From the NCBI GenBank assembly GCA_964016885.1, contig OZ024759.1:434001-498000 (forward strand): a stretch of 64,000 nucleotides of DNA, written 5' to 3'. Each line of letters begins with the position of its first letter. The stretch's first letter is position 1. The notes under the pieces were generated by a model. That model was not told the origin of the DNA. It saw nothing but the letters and a program-made list of their open reading frames with translations, and did no database searches. This stretch comes from Eledone cirrhosa (taxonomy: Eukaryota). Both the position numbers and the translations under genes were made by a program. Of this stretch, positions 31,661-46,610 are shown one piece after another.

Positions 31661-34600
31661 TATTAGTAACATGACAAAGTCATATTAGTAACATGACACA
31701 GTCTATATTAGTAACATGACAAAGTCTATATTAGTAACATGACACAGTCTATATTAGTAACATGACAAAGTCTATATTAGTAACATGACAGTCTATATTA
31801 GTAACATGACATAGTCTATATTAGTAACATGACAAAGTCTATATTAGTAGCAGGACACAGTCTATATTAGTAACGTGACACAGTCTATATTAGTAACATG
31901 ACAGTCTATATTAGTAACATGACAAAGTCTATATTAGTAGCATGACAAAGTCTATATTAGTAACATGACACAGTCTATATTAGTAACATGACAGTCTATA
32001 TTAGTAACATGACGAAGTCTATATTAGTAGCATGACAAAGTCTATATTAGTAACATGACAGTCTATATTAGTAACATGACAAAGTCTATATTAGTAGCAT
32101 GACAAAGTCTATATTAGTAGCATGACACAGTCTATATTAGTAACATTACAAAGTCTATATTAGTAACATGACAAAGTCTATATTAGTAACATGACACAGT
32201 CTATATTAGTAACATGACACAGTCTATATTAGTAACATGACATAGTCTATATTAGTAACATGACAAAGTCTATATTAGTAACATGACAGTCTATATTGTA
32301 ACATGACACAGTCTATATTAGTAACATGACACAGTCTATATTAGTAACATGACAGTCTATATTAGTAACATGACAAAGTCTATATTAGTAACATGACAAA
32401 GTCTATATTAGTAACATGACAAAGTCTATATTAGTAACATGACACAGTCTATATTAGTAACTTGACACAGTCTATATTAGTAACATGACATAGTCTATAT
32501 TAGTAACATGACAAAGTCTATATTAGTAGCATGACACAGTCTATATTAGTAACATGACACAGTCTATATTAGTAACATGACAGTCTATATTAGTAACATG
32601 ACAAAGTCTATATTAGTAACATGACAAAGTCTATATTAGTAACATGACACAGTCTATATTAGTAACATGACAAAGTCTATATTAGTAACATGACAAAGTC
32701 TATATTAGTAACATGACAGTCTATATTAGTAACATGACAAAGTCTCTATTAGTAACATGACAAAGTCTATATTAGTAACATGACAGTCTATATTACTAAC
32801 ATAACAAAGTCTATATTAGTAACATGACAGTCTATATTGTAACATGACACAGTCTATATTAGTAACATGACACAGTCTATATTAGTAACATGACATAGTC
32901 TATATTAGTAACATGATAAAAGTCTATATTAGTAACAAGACACAGTCTATATTAGTAATATGACACAGTCTATATTAGTAACATGACAGTCTATATTAGT
33001 AACATGACAAAGTCTATATTAGTAACATGACAAAGTCTATATTAGTAACATGACAAAGTCTATATTAGTAACATGACAAAGTCTATATTAGTAGCATGAC
33101 ACAGTCTCTATTAGTAACATGACAAAGTCTATATTAGTAACATGATACAGTCTATATTAGTAACATGACAAAGTCTATATTAGTAACATGACACAGTCTA
33201 TATTAGTAACATGACATAGTCTATATTAGTAACATGACAAAGTCTATATTAGTAACATGACACAGTCTATATTAGTAACATGACACAGTCTATATTAGTA
33301 ACATGACAGTCTATATTAGTAACATGACAAAGTCTATATTAGTAGCATGACAAAGTCTATATTAGTAACATGACACAGTCTATATTAGTAACATGACAGT
33401 CTATATTAGTAACATGACACAGTCTATATTAGTAACATGACAAAGTCTATATTAGTAGCATGACAAAGTCTATATTAGTAACATGACAGTCTATATTAGT
33501 AACATGACAAAGTCTATATTAGTAGCATGACAAAGTCTATATTAGTAGCATGACACAGTCTATATTAGTAACATGACACAGTCTATATTAGGAACATGAC
33601 ACACTCTATATTAGTAACATGACAAAGTCTATATTAATAGCATGACAAAGTCTATATAAGTAACATGACAAAGTCTATATTAGTAACATGACACAGTCTA
33701 TATTAGTAACATGACAAAGTCTATATTAGTAACATGACAAAGTCTATATTAGTAACATGAAACAGTCTATATTAGTAACATGACAAAGTCTATATTAGTA
33801 ACATGACACTGTCTATATTAGTAACTTGACAAAGTCTATATTAGTAACATGACAGTCTATATTAGTAACATGACACAGTCTATATTAGTAACATGACAAA
33901 GTCTATATTAGTAGCATGACAAAGTCTATATTAGTAACATGACAAAGTCTATATTAGTAACATGACACAGTCTATATTAGTAACATTACAAAGACTATAT
34001 TAGTAACATGACACAGTCTATATTAGTAACATGACAAAGTCTATATTAGTAACATGACAGTCTATATTAGTAACATGACAGTCTATATTAGTAGCATGAC
34101 AAAGTCTATATTAGTAACATGACAAAGTCTATATTAGTAACATGACAAAGTCTATATTAGTAACATGACACAGTCTATATTAGTAACATTACGAAGACTA
34201 TATTAGTAACATGACACAGTCTATATTAGTAACATGACAAAGTCTATATTAGTAACATGACACAGTCTATATTAGTAACATGACAAAGTCTATATTAGTA
34301 ACATGACAAAGTCTATATTAGTAACATGAAACAGTCTATATTAGTAACATGACAAAGTCTATATTAGTAACATGACACTGTCTATATTAGTAACTTGACA
34401 AAGTCTATATTAGTAACATGACAGTCTATATTAGTAACATGACACAGTCTATATTAGTAACATGACAAAGTCTATATTAGTAGCATGACAAAGTCTATAT
34501 TAGTAACATGACAAAGTCTATATTAGTAACATGACACAGTCTATATTAGTAACATTACAAAGACTATATTAGTAACATGACACAGTCTATATTAGTAACA

Positions 34601-37600
34601 TGACAAAGTCTATATTAGTAACATGACAGTCTATATTAGTAACATGACAGTCTATATTAGTAGCATGACAAAGTCTATATTAGTAACATGACAAAGTCAT
34701 ATTAGTAACATGACACAGTCTATATTAGTAACATGACAAAGTCTATATTAGTAACATGACACAGTCTATATTAGTAACATGACAAAGTCTATATTAGTAA
34801 CATGACACAGTCTATATTAGTAACATGACATAGTCTATATTAGTAACATGACAAAGTCTATATTAGTAGCATGACACAGTCTATATTAGTAACGTTACAC
34901 AGTCTATATTAGTAACATGACAGTCTATATTAGTAACATGACAAAGTCTATATTAGTAACATGACAAAGTCTATATTAATAGCATGACAAAGTCTATATT
35001 AGTAACATGACAAAGTCTATATTAGTAACATGACACAGTCTATATTAGTAACATGACAAAGTCTATATTAGTAACATGACAAAGTCTATATTAGTAACAT
35101 GAAACAATCTATATTAGTAACATGACAAAGTCTATATTAGTAACATGACACTGTCTATATTAGTAACTTGACAAAGTCTATATTAGTAACATGACAGTCT
35201 ATATTAGTAACATGACACAGTCTATATTAGTAACATGACAAAGTCTATATTAGTAGCATGACAAAGTCTATATTAGTAACATGACAAAGTCTATATTAGT
35301 AACATGACACAGTCTATATTAGTAACATTACAAAGACTATATTAGTAACATGACACAGTCTATATTAGTAACATGACAAAGTCTATATTAGTAACATGAC
35401 AGTCTATATTAGTAACATGACAGTCTATATTAGTAGCATGACAAAGTCTATATTAGTAGCATGACAAAGTCTATATTAGTAGCATGACACAGTCTATATT
35501 AGTAACATGACACAGTCTATATTAGGAACATGACACAGTCTATATTAGTAACATGACAAAGTCTATATTAATAGCATGACAAAGTCTATATTAGTAACAT
35601 GACAAAGTCTATATTAGTAACATGACACAGTCTATATTAGTAACATGACAAAGTCTATATTAGTAACATGACAAAGTCTATATTAGTAACATGAAACAGT
35701 CTATATTAGTAACATGACAAAGTCTATATTAGTAACATGACACTGTCTATATTAGTAACTTGACAAAGTCTATATTAGTAACATGACAGTCTATATTAGT
35801 AACATGACACAGTCTATATTAGTAACATGACAAAGTCTATATTAGTAGCATGACAAAGTCTATATTAGTAACATGACAAAGTCTATATTAGTAACATGAC
35901 ACAGTCTATATTAGTAACATGACACAGTCTATATTAGTAACATGACAGTCTATATTAGTAGCATGACAAAGTCTATATTAGTAACATGACACAGTCTATA
36001 TTAGTAACATGACATAGTCTATATTAGTAACATGACATAGTCTATATTAGTAGCATGACAATGTCTATATTAGTAACATGACAAAGTCTATATTAGTAAC
36101 ATGACACAGTCTATATTAGTAACATGACAAAGTCTATATTAGTAACATGACACAGTCTATATTAGTAGCATGACAAAGTCTATATTAGTAACATGACACA
36201 GTCTATATTAGTAACATGACACAGTCTATATTAGTAACATGACAAAGTCTATATTAGTAACATGACACAGTCTATACTAGTAACATGACAAAGTCTATAT
36301 TAGTAACATGACACAGTCTATATTAGTAACATGACAAAGTCTCTATTAGTAACATGACACAGTCTATATTAGTAACATGACACAGTCTATATTAGTAACA
36401 TGACAGTCTATATTAGTAGCATGACAAAGTCTATATTAGTAGCATGACAAAGTCTATATTAGTAACATGACAGTCTATATTAGTAACATGACAAAGTCTA
36501 TATTAGTAGCATGACAAAGTCTATATTAGTAACATGACACAGTCTATATTAGTAACATGACAGTCTATATTAGTAGCATGACAAAGTCTATATTAGTAAC
36601 ATGACACAGTCCATATTAGTAACATGACATAGTCTATATTAGTAACATGACATAGTCTATATTAGTAGCATGACAAAGTCTATATTAGTAACATGACAAA
36701 GTCATATTAGTAACATGACACAGTCTATATTAGTAACATGACAAAGTCTATATCAGTAACATGACACAGTCTATATTAGTAACATGACACAGTCTATATT
36801 AGTAACATTACAAAGTCTATATTAGTAACATGACAAAGTCTATATTAGTAACATGACACAGTCTATATTAGTAACATGACACAGTCTATATTAGTAACAT
36901 GACATAGTCTATATTAGTAACATGACAAAGTCTATATTAGTAACATGACAGTCTATATTGTAACATGACACAGTCTATATTAGTAACATGACACAGTCTA
37001 TATTAGTAACATGACAGTCTATATTAGTAACATGACAAAGTCTATATTAGTAACATGACAAAGTCTATATTAGTAACATGACAAAGTCTATATTAGTAAC
37101 ATGACACAGTCTATATTAGTAACTTGACACAGTCTATATTAGTAACATGACATAGTCTATATTAGTAACATGACAAAGTCTATATTAGTAGCATGACACA
37201 GTCTATATTAGTAACATGACACAGTCTATATTAGTAACATGACAGTCTATATTAGTAACATGACAAAGTCTATATTAGTAACATGACAAAGTCTATATTA
37301 GTAACATGACACAGTCTATATTAGTAACATGACAAAGTCTATATTAGTAACATGACAAAGTCTATATTAGTAACATGACAGTCTATATTAGTAACATGAC
37401 AAAGTCTCTATTAGTAACATGACAAAGTCTATATTAGTAACATGACAGTCTATATTACTAACATAACAAAGTCTATATTAGTAACATGACAGTCTATATT
37501 GTAACATGACACAGTCTATATTAGTAACATGACACAGTCTATATTAGTAACATGACATAGTCTATATTAGTAACATGATAAAAGTCTATATTAGTAACAA

Positions 37601-40580
37601 GACACAGTCTATATTAGTAATATGACACAGTCTATATTAGTAACATGACAGTCTATATTAGTAACATGACAAAGTCTATATTAGTAACATGACAAAGTCT
37701 ATATTAGTAACATGACAAAGTCTATATTAGTAACATGACAAAGTCTATATTAGTAGCATGACACAGTCTCTATTAGTAACATGACAAAGTCTATATTAGT
37801 AACATGATACAGTCTATATTAGTAACATGACAAAGTCTATATTAGTAACATGACACAGTCTATATTAGTAACATGACATAGTCTATATTAGTAACATGAC
37901 AAAGTCTATATTAGTAACATGACACAGTCTATATTAGTAACATGACACAGTCTATATTAGTAACATGACAGTCTATATTAGTAACATGACAAAGTCTATA
38001 TTAGTAGCATGACAAAGTCTATATTAGTAACATGACACAGTCTATATTAGTAACATGACAGTCTATATTAGTAACATGACACAGTCTATATTAGTAACAT
38101 GACAAAGTCTATATTAGTAGCATGACAAAGTCTATATTAGTAACATGACAGTCTATATTAGTAACATGACAAAGTCTATATTAGTAGCATGACAAAGTCT
38201 ATATTAGTAGCATGACACAGTCTATATTAGTAACATGACACAGTCTATATTAGGAACATGACACACTCTATATTAGTAACATGACAAAGTCTATATTAAT
38301 AGCATGACAAAGTCTATATTAGTAACATGACAAAGTCTATATTAGTAACATGACACAGTCTATATTAGTAACATGACAAAGTCTATATTAGTAACATGAC
38401 AAAGTCTATATTAGTAACATGAAACAGTCTATATTAGTAACATGACAAAGTCTATATTAGTAACATGACACTGTCTATATTAGTAACTTGACAAAGTCTA
38501 TATTAGTAACATGACAGTCTATATTAGTAACATGACACAGTCTATATTAGTAACATGACAAAGTCTATATTAGTAGCATGACAAAGTCTATATTAGTAAC
38601 ATGACAAAGTCTATATTAGTAACATGACACAGTCTATATTAGTAACATTACAAAGACTATATTAGTAACATGACACAGTCTATATTAGTAACATGACAAA
38701 GTCTATATTAGTAACATGACAGTCTATATTAGTAACATGACAGTCTATATTAGTAGCATGACAAAGTCTATATTAGTAACATGACAAAGTCTATATTAGT
38801 AACATGACAAAGTCTATATTAGTAACATGACACAGTCTATATTAGTAACATTACGAAGACTATATTAGTAACATGACACAGTCTATATTAGTAACATGAC
38901 AAAGTCTATATTAGTAACATGACACAGTCTATATTAGTAACATGACAAAGTCTATATTAGTAACATGACAAAGTCTATATTAGTAACATGAAACAGTCTA
39001 TATTAGTAACATGACAAAGTCTATATTAGTAACATGACACTGTCTATATTAGTAACTTGACAAAGTCTATATTAGTAACATGACAGTCTATATTAGTAAC
39101 ATGACACAGTCTATATTAGTAACATGACAAAGTCTATATTAGTAGCATGACAAAGTCTATATTAGTAACATGACAAAGTCTATATTAGTAACATGACACA
39201 GTCTATATTAGTAACATTACAAAGACTATATTAGTAACATGACACAGTCTATATTAGTAACATGACAAAGTCTATATTAGTAACATGACAGTCTATATTA
39301 GTAACATGACAGTCTATATTAGTAGCATGACAAAGTCTATATTAGTAACATGACAAAGTCATATTAGTAACATGACACAGTCTATATTAGTAACATGACA
39401 AAGTCTATATTAGTAACATGACACAGTCTATATTAGTAACATGACAAAGTCTATATTAGTAACATGACACAGTCTATATTAGTAACATGACATAGTCTAT
39501 ATTAGTAACATGACAAAGTCTATATTAGTAGCATGACACAGTCTATATTAGTAACGTTACACAGTCTATATTAGTAACATGACAGTCTATATTAGTAACA
39601 TGACAAAGTCTATATTAGTAACATGACAAAGTCTATATTAATAGCATGACAAAGTCTATATTAGTAACATGACAAAGTCTATATTAGTAACATGACACAG
39701 TCTATATTAGTAACATGACAAAGTCTATATTAGTAACATGACAAAGTCTATATTAGTAACATGAAACAATCTATATTAGTAACATGACAAAGTCTATATT
39801 AGTAACATGACACTGTCTATATTAGTAACTTGACAAAGTCTATATTAGTAACATGACAGTCTATATTAGTAACATGACACAGTCTATATTAGTAACATGA
39901 CAAAGTCTATATTAGTAGCATGACAAAGTCTATATTAGTAACATGACAAAGTCTATATTAGTAACATGACACAGTCTATATTAGTAACATTACAAAGACT
40001 ATATTAGTAACATGACACAGTCTATATTAGTAACATGACAAAGTCTATATTAGTAACATGACAGTCTATATTAGTAACATGACAGTCTATATTAGTAGCA
40101 TGACAAAGTCTATATTAGTAACATGACAAAGTCATATTAGTAACATGACACAGTCTATATTAGTAACATGACAAAGTCTATATTAGTAACATGACACAGT
40201 CTATATTAGTAACATGACAAAGTCTATATTAGTAACATGACAGTCTATATTAGTAACATGACATAGTCTATATTAGTAACATGACAAAGTCTATATTAGT
40301 AGCAGGACACAGTCTATATTAGTAACGTGACACAGTCTATATTAGTAACATGACAGTCTATATTAGTAACATGACAAAGTCTATATTAGTAGCATGACAA
40401 AGTCTATATTAGTAACATGACACAGTCTATATTAGTAACATGACAGTCTATATTAGTAACATGACGAAGTCTATATTAGTAGCATGACAAAGTCTATATT
40501 AGTAACATGACAGTCTATATTAGTAACATGACAAAGTCTATATTAGTAGCATGACAAAGTCTATATTAGTAGCATGACAC
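23670..40580. repeat. Higher-order tandem duplication, period 8452 bp
   Basis: TAACATTACA at 23689/32141; GATAAAAGTC at 24463/32915 and 29125/37577; TAGGAAC at 25139/33591, 27073/35525 and 29801/38253; AGCAGGAC at 31851/40303. All offsets are 8452. Confidence 0.9.
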
Positions 40581-43500
40581 AGTCTATATTAGTAACATGA
40601 CACAGTCTATATTAGTAACATGACACAGTCTATATTAGTAACATGACAAAGTCTATATTAGTAGCATGACAAAGTCTATATTAGTAACATGACAAAGTCT
40701 ATATTAGTAACATGACACAGTCTATATTAGTAACATGACAAAGTCTATATTAGTAACATGACAAAGTCTATATTAGTAACATGAAACAGTCTATATTAGT
40801 AACATGACAAAGTCTATATTAGTAACATGACACTGTCTATATTAGTAGCATGACAGAGTCTATATTAGTAACATGACAAAGTCATATTAGTAACATGGCA
40901 CAGTCTATATTAGTAACATGACAAAGTCTATATTAGTAACATGACACAGTCTATATTAGTAACATGACACAGTCTATATTAGTAACATGACAAAGTCTAT
41001 ATTAGTAACATGACAAAGTCTATATTAGTAACATGACACAGTCTATATTAGTAACATGACACAGTCTATATTAGTAACATGACATAGTCTATATTAGTAA
41101 CATGACAAAGTCTATATTAGTAACATGACAGTCTATATTGTAACATGATACAGTCTATATTAGTAACATGACACAGTCTATATTAGTAACATGACACAGT
41201 CTATATCCAGTAACATGACACAGTCTATATTAGTAACATGACAAAGTCTATATTAGTAGCATGACAAAGTCTATATTAGTAACATGACAAAGTCTATATT
41301 AGTAACATGACACAGTCTATATTAGTAACATGACAAAGTCTATATTAGTAACATGACAAAGTCTATATTAGTAACATGAAACAGTCTATATTAGTAACAT
41401 GACAAAGTCTATATTAGTAACATGACACTGTCTATATTAGTAACTTGACAAAGTCTATATTAGTAACATGACACAGTCTATATTAGTAACATGACACAGT
41501 CTATATTAGTAACATGACAAAGTCTATATTAGTAGCATGACAAAGTCTATATTAGTAACATGACAAAGTCTATATTAATAACATGACACAGTCTATATTA
41601 GTAACATGACAAAGACTATATTAGTAACATGACACAGTCTATATTAGTAACATGACAAAGTCTATATTAGTAACATGACAGTCTATATTAGTAACATGAC
41701 AGTCTATATTAGTAGCATGACAAAGTCTATATTAGTAACATGACAAAGTCATATTAGTAACATGACACAGTCTATATTAGTAACATGACAAAGTCTATAT
41801 TAGTAACATGACACAGTCTATATTAGTAACATGACAAAGTCTATATTAGTAACATGACACAGTCTATATTAGTAACATGACATAGTCTATATTAGTAACA
41901 TGACAAAGTCTATATTAGTAGCATGACACAGTCTATATTAGTAACATGACGAAGTCTATATCAGTAGCATGACAAAGTCTATATTAGTAACATGACAGTC
42001 TATATTAGTAACATGACAAACTCTATATTAGTAGCATGACAAAGTCTATATTAGTAGCATGACACAGTCTATATTAGTAACATGACACAGTCTATATTAG
42101 TAACATGACACAGTCTATATTAGTAACATGACAAAGTCTATATTAGTAGCATGACAAAGTCTATATTAGTAACATGACAAAGTCTATATTAGTAACATGA
42201 CACAGTCTATATTAGTAACATGACAAAGTCTATATTAGTAACATGACAAAGTCTATATTAGTAACATGACACAGTCTATATTAGTAACATGACACAGTCT
42301 ATATTAGTAACATGACAGTCTATATTAGTAACATGACAAAGTCTATATTAGTAGCATGACAAAGTCTATATTAGTAACATGACACAGTCTATATTAGTAA
42401 CATGACAGTCTATATTAGTAACATGACACAGTCTATATTAGTAACATGACAAAGTCTATATTAGTAGCATGACAAAGTCTATATTAGTAACATGACAGTC
42501 TATATTAGTAACATGACAAAGTCTATATTAGTAGCATGACAAAGTCTATATTAGTAGCATGACACAGTCTATATTAGTAACATGACACAGTCTATATTAG
42601 GAACATGACACACTCTATATTAGTAACATGACAAAGTCTATATTAATAGCATGACAAAGTCTATATTAGTAACATGACAAAGTCTATATTAGTAACATGA
42701 CACAGTCTATATTAGTAACATGACAAAGTCTATATTAGTAACATGACAAAGTCTATATTAGTAACATGAAACAGTCTATATTAGTAACATGACAAAGTCT
42801 ATATTAGTAACATGACACTGTCTATATTAGTAACTTGACAAAGTCTATATTAGTAACATGACAGTCTATATTAGTAACATGACACAGTCTATATTAGTAA
42901 CATGACAAAGTCTATATTAGTAGCATGACAAAGTCTATATTAGTAACATGACAAAGTCTATATTAGTAACATGACACAGTCTATATTAGTAACATTACAA
43001 AGACTATATTAGTAACATGACACAGTCTATATTAGTAACATGACAAAGTCTATATTAGTAACATGACAGTCTATATTAGTAACATGACAGTCTATATTAG
43101 TAGCATGACAAAGTCTATATTAGTAACATGACAAAGTCTATATTAGTAACATGACAAAGTCTATATTAGTAACATGACACAGTCTATATTAGTAACATTA
43201 CGAAGACTATATTAGTAACATGACACAGTCTATATTAGTAACATGACAAAGTCTATATTAGTAACATGACACAGTCTATATTAGTAACATGACAAAGTCT
43301 ATATTAGTAACATGACAAAGTCTATATTAGTAACATGAAACAGTCTATATTAGTAACATGACAAAGTCTATATTAGTAACATGACACTGTCTATATTAGT
43401 AACTTGACAAAGTCTATATTAGTAACATGACAGTCTATATTAGTAACATGACACAGTCTATATTAGTAACATGACAAAGTCTATATTAGTAGCATGACAA

Positions 43501-46500
43501 AGTCTATATTAGTAACATGACAAAGTCTATATTAGTAACATGACACAGTCTATATTAGTAACATTACAAAGACTATATTAGTAACATGACACAGTCTATA
43601 TTAGTAACATGACAAAGTCTATATTAGTAACATGACAGTCTATATTAGTAACATGACAGTCTATATTAGTAGCATGACAAAGTCTATATTAGTAACATGA
43701 CAAAGTCATATTAGTAACATGACACAGTCTATATTAGTAACATGACAAAGTCTATATTAGTAACATGACACAGTCTATATTAGTAACATGACAAAGTCTA
43801 TATTAGTAACATGACACAGTCTATATTAGTAACATGACATAGTCTATATTAGTAACATGACAAAGTCTATATTAGTAGCATGACACAGTCTATATTAGTA
43901 ACGTTACACAGTCTATATTAGTAACATGACAGTCTATATTAGTAACATGACAAAGTCTATATTAGTAACATGACAAAGTCTATATTAATAGCATGACAAA
44001 GTCTATATTAGTAACATGACAAAGTCTATATTAGTAACATGACACAGTCTATATTAGTAACATGACAAAGTCTATATTAGTAACATGACAAAGTCTATAT
44101 TAGTAACATGAAACAATCTATATTAGTAACATGACAAAGTCTATATTAGTAACATGACACTGTCTATATTAGTAACTTGACAAAGTCTATATTAGTAACA
44201 TGACAGTCTATATTAGTAACATGACACAGTCTATATTAGTAACATGACAAAGTCTATATTAGTAGCATGACAAAGTCTATATTAGTAACATGACAAAGTC
44301 TATATTAGTAACATGACACAGTCTATATTAGTAACATTACAAAGACTATATTAGTAACATGACACAGTCTATATTAGTAACATGACAAAGTCTATATTAG
44401 TAACATGACAGTCTATATTAGTAACATGACAGTCTATATTAGTAGCATGACAAAGTCTATATTAGTAACATGACAAAGTCATATTAGTAACATGACACAG
44501 TCTATATTAGTAACATGACAAAGTCTATATTAGTAACATGACACAGTCTATATTAGTAACATGACAAAGTCTATATTAGTAACATGACAGTCTATATTAG
44601 TAACATGACATAGTCTATATTAGTAACATGACAAAGTCTATATTAGTAGCAGGACACAGTCTATATTAGTAACGTGACACAGTCTATATTAGTAACATGA
44701 CAGTCTATATTAGTAACATGACAAAGTCTATATTAGTAGCATGACAAAGTCTATATTAGTAACATGACACAGTCTATATTAGTAACATGACAGTCTATAT
44801 TAGTAACATGACGAAGTCTATATTAGTAGCATGACAAAGTCTATATTAGTAACATGACAGTCTATATTAGTAACATGACAAAGTCTATATTAGTAGCATG
44901 ACAAAGTCTATATTAGTAGCATGACACAGTCTATATTAGTAACATGACACAGTCTATATTAGTAACATGACACAGTCTATATTAGTAACATGACAAAGTC
45001 TATATTAGTAGCATGACAAAGTCTATATTAGTAACATGACAAAGTCTATATTAGTAACATGACACAGTCTATATTAGTAACATGACAAAGTCTATATTAG
45101 TAACATGACAAAGTCTATATTAGTAACATGAAACAGTCTATATTAGTAACATGACAAAGTCTATATTAGTAACATGACACTGTCTATATTAGTAGCATGA
45201 CAGAGTCTATATTAGTAACATGACAAAGTCATATTAGTAACATGGCACAGTCTATATTAGTAACATGACAAAGTCTATATTAGTAACATGACACAGTCTA
45301 TATTAGTAACATGACACAGTCTATATTAGTAACATGACAAAGTCTATATTAGTAACATGACAAAGTCTATATTAGTAACATGACACAGTCTATATTAGTA
45401 ACATGACACAGTCTATATTAGTAACATGACATAGTCTATATTAGTAACATGACAAAGTCTATATTAGTAACATGACAGTCTATATTGTAACATGATACAG
45501 TCTATATTAGTAACATGACACAGTCTATATTAGTAACATGACACAGTCTATATCCAGTAACATGACACAGTCTATATTAGTAACATGACAAAGTCTATAT
45601 TAGTAGCATGACAAAGTCTATATTAGTAACATGACAAAGTCTATATTAGTAACATGACACAGTCTATATTAGTAACATGACAAAGTCTATATTAGTAACA
45701 TGACAAAGTCTATATTAGTAACATGAAACAGTCTATATTAGTAACATGACAAAGTCTATATTAGTAACATGACACTGTCTATATTAGTAACTTGACAAAG
45801 TCTATATTAGTAACATGACACAGTCTATATTAGTAACATGACACAGTCTATATTAGTAACATGACAAAGTCTATATTAGTAGCATGACAAAGTCTATATT
45901 AGTAACATGACAAAGTCTATATTAATAACATGACACAGTCTATATTAGTAACATGACAAAGACTATATTAGTAACATGACACAGTCTATATTAGTAACAT
46001 GACAAAGTCTATATTAGTAACATGACAGTCTATATTAGTAACATGACAGTCTATATTAGTAGCATGACAAAGTCTATATTAGTAACATGACAAAGTCATA
46101 TTAGTAACATGACACAGTCTATATTAGTAACATGACAAAGTCTATATTAGTAACATGACACAGTCTATATTAGTAACATGACAAAGTCTATATTAGTAAC
46201 ATGACACAGTCTATATTAGTAACATGACATAGTCTATATTAGTAACATGACAAAGTCTATATTAGTAGCATGACACAGTCTATATTAGTAACATGACGAA
46301 GTCTATATCAGTAGCATGACAAAGTCTATATTAGTAACATGACAGTCTATATTAGTAACATGACAAACTCTATATTAGTAGCATGACAAAGTCTATATTA
46401 GTAGCATGACACAGTCTATATTAGTAACATGACACAGTCTATATTAGTAACATGACACAGTCTATATTAGTAACATGACAAAGTCTATATTAGTAGCATG

Positions 46501-46610
46501 ACAAAGTCTATATTAGTAACATGACAAAGTCTATATTAGTAACATGACACAGTCTATATTAGTAACATGACAAAGTCTATATTAGTAACATGACAAAGTC
46601 TATATTAGTA
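37900..46610. repeat. Higher-order tandem duplication, period 4347 bp
   Basis: TAGGAAC at 38253/42600; AGCAGGAC at 40303/44650; TATCCAG at 41207/45554. All offsets are 4347. Confidence 0.88.
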
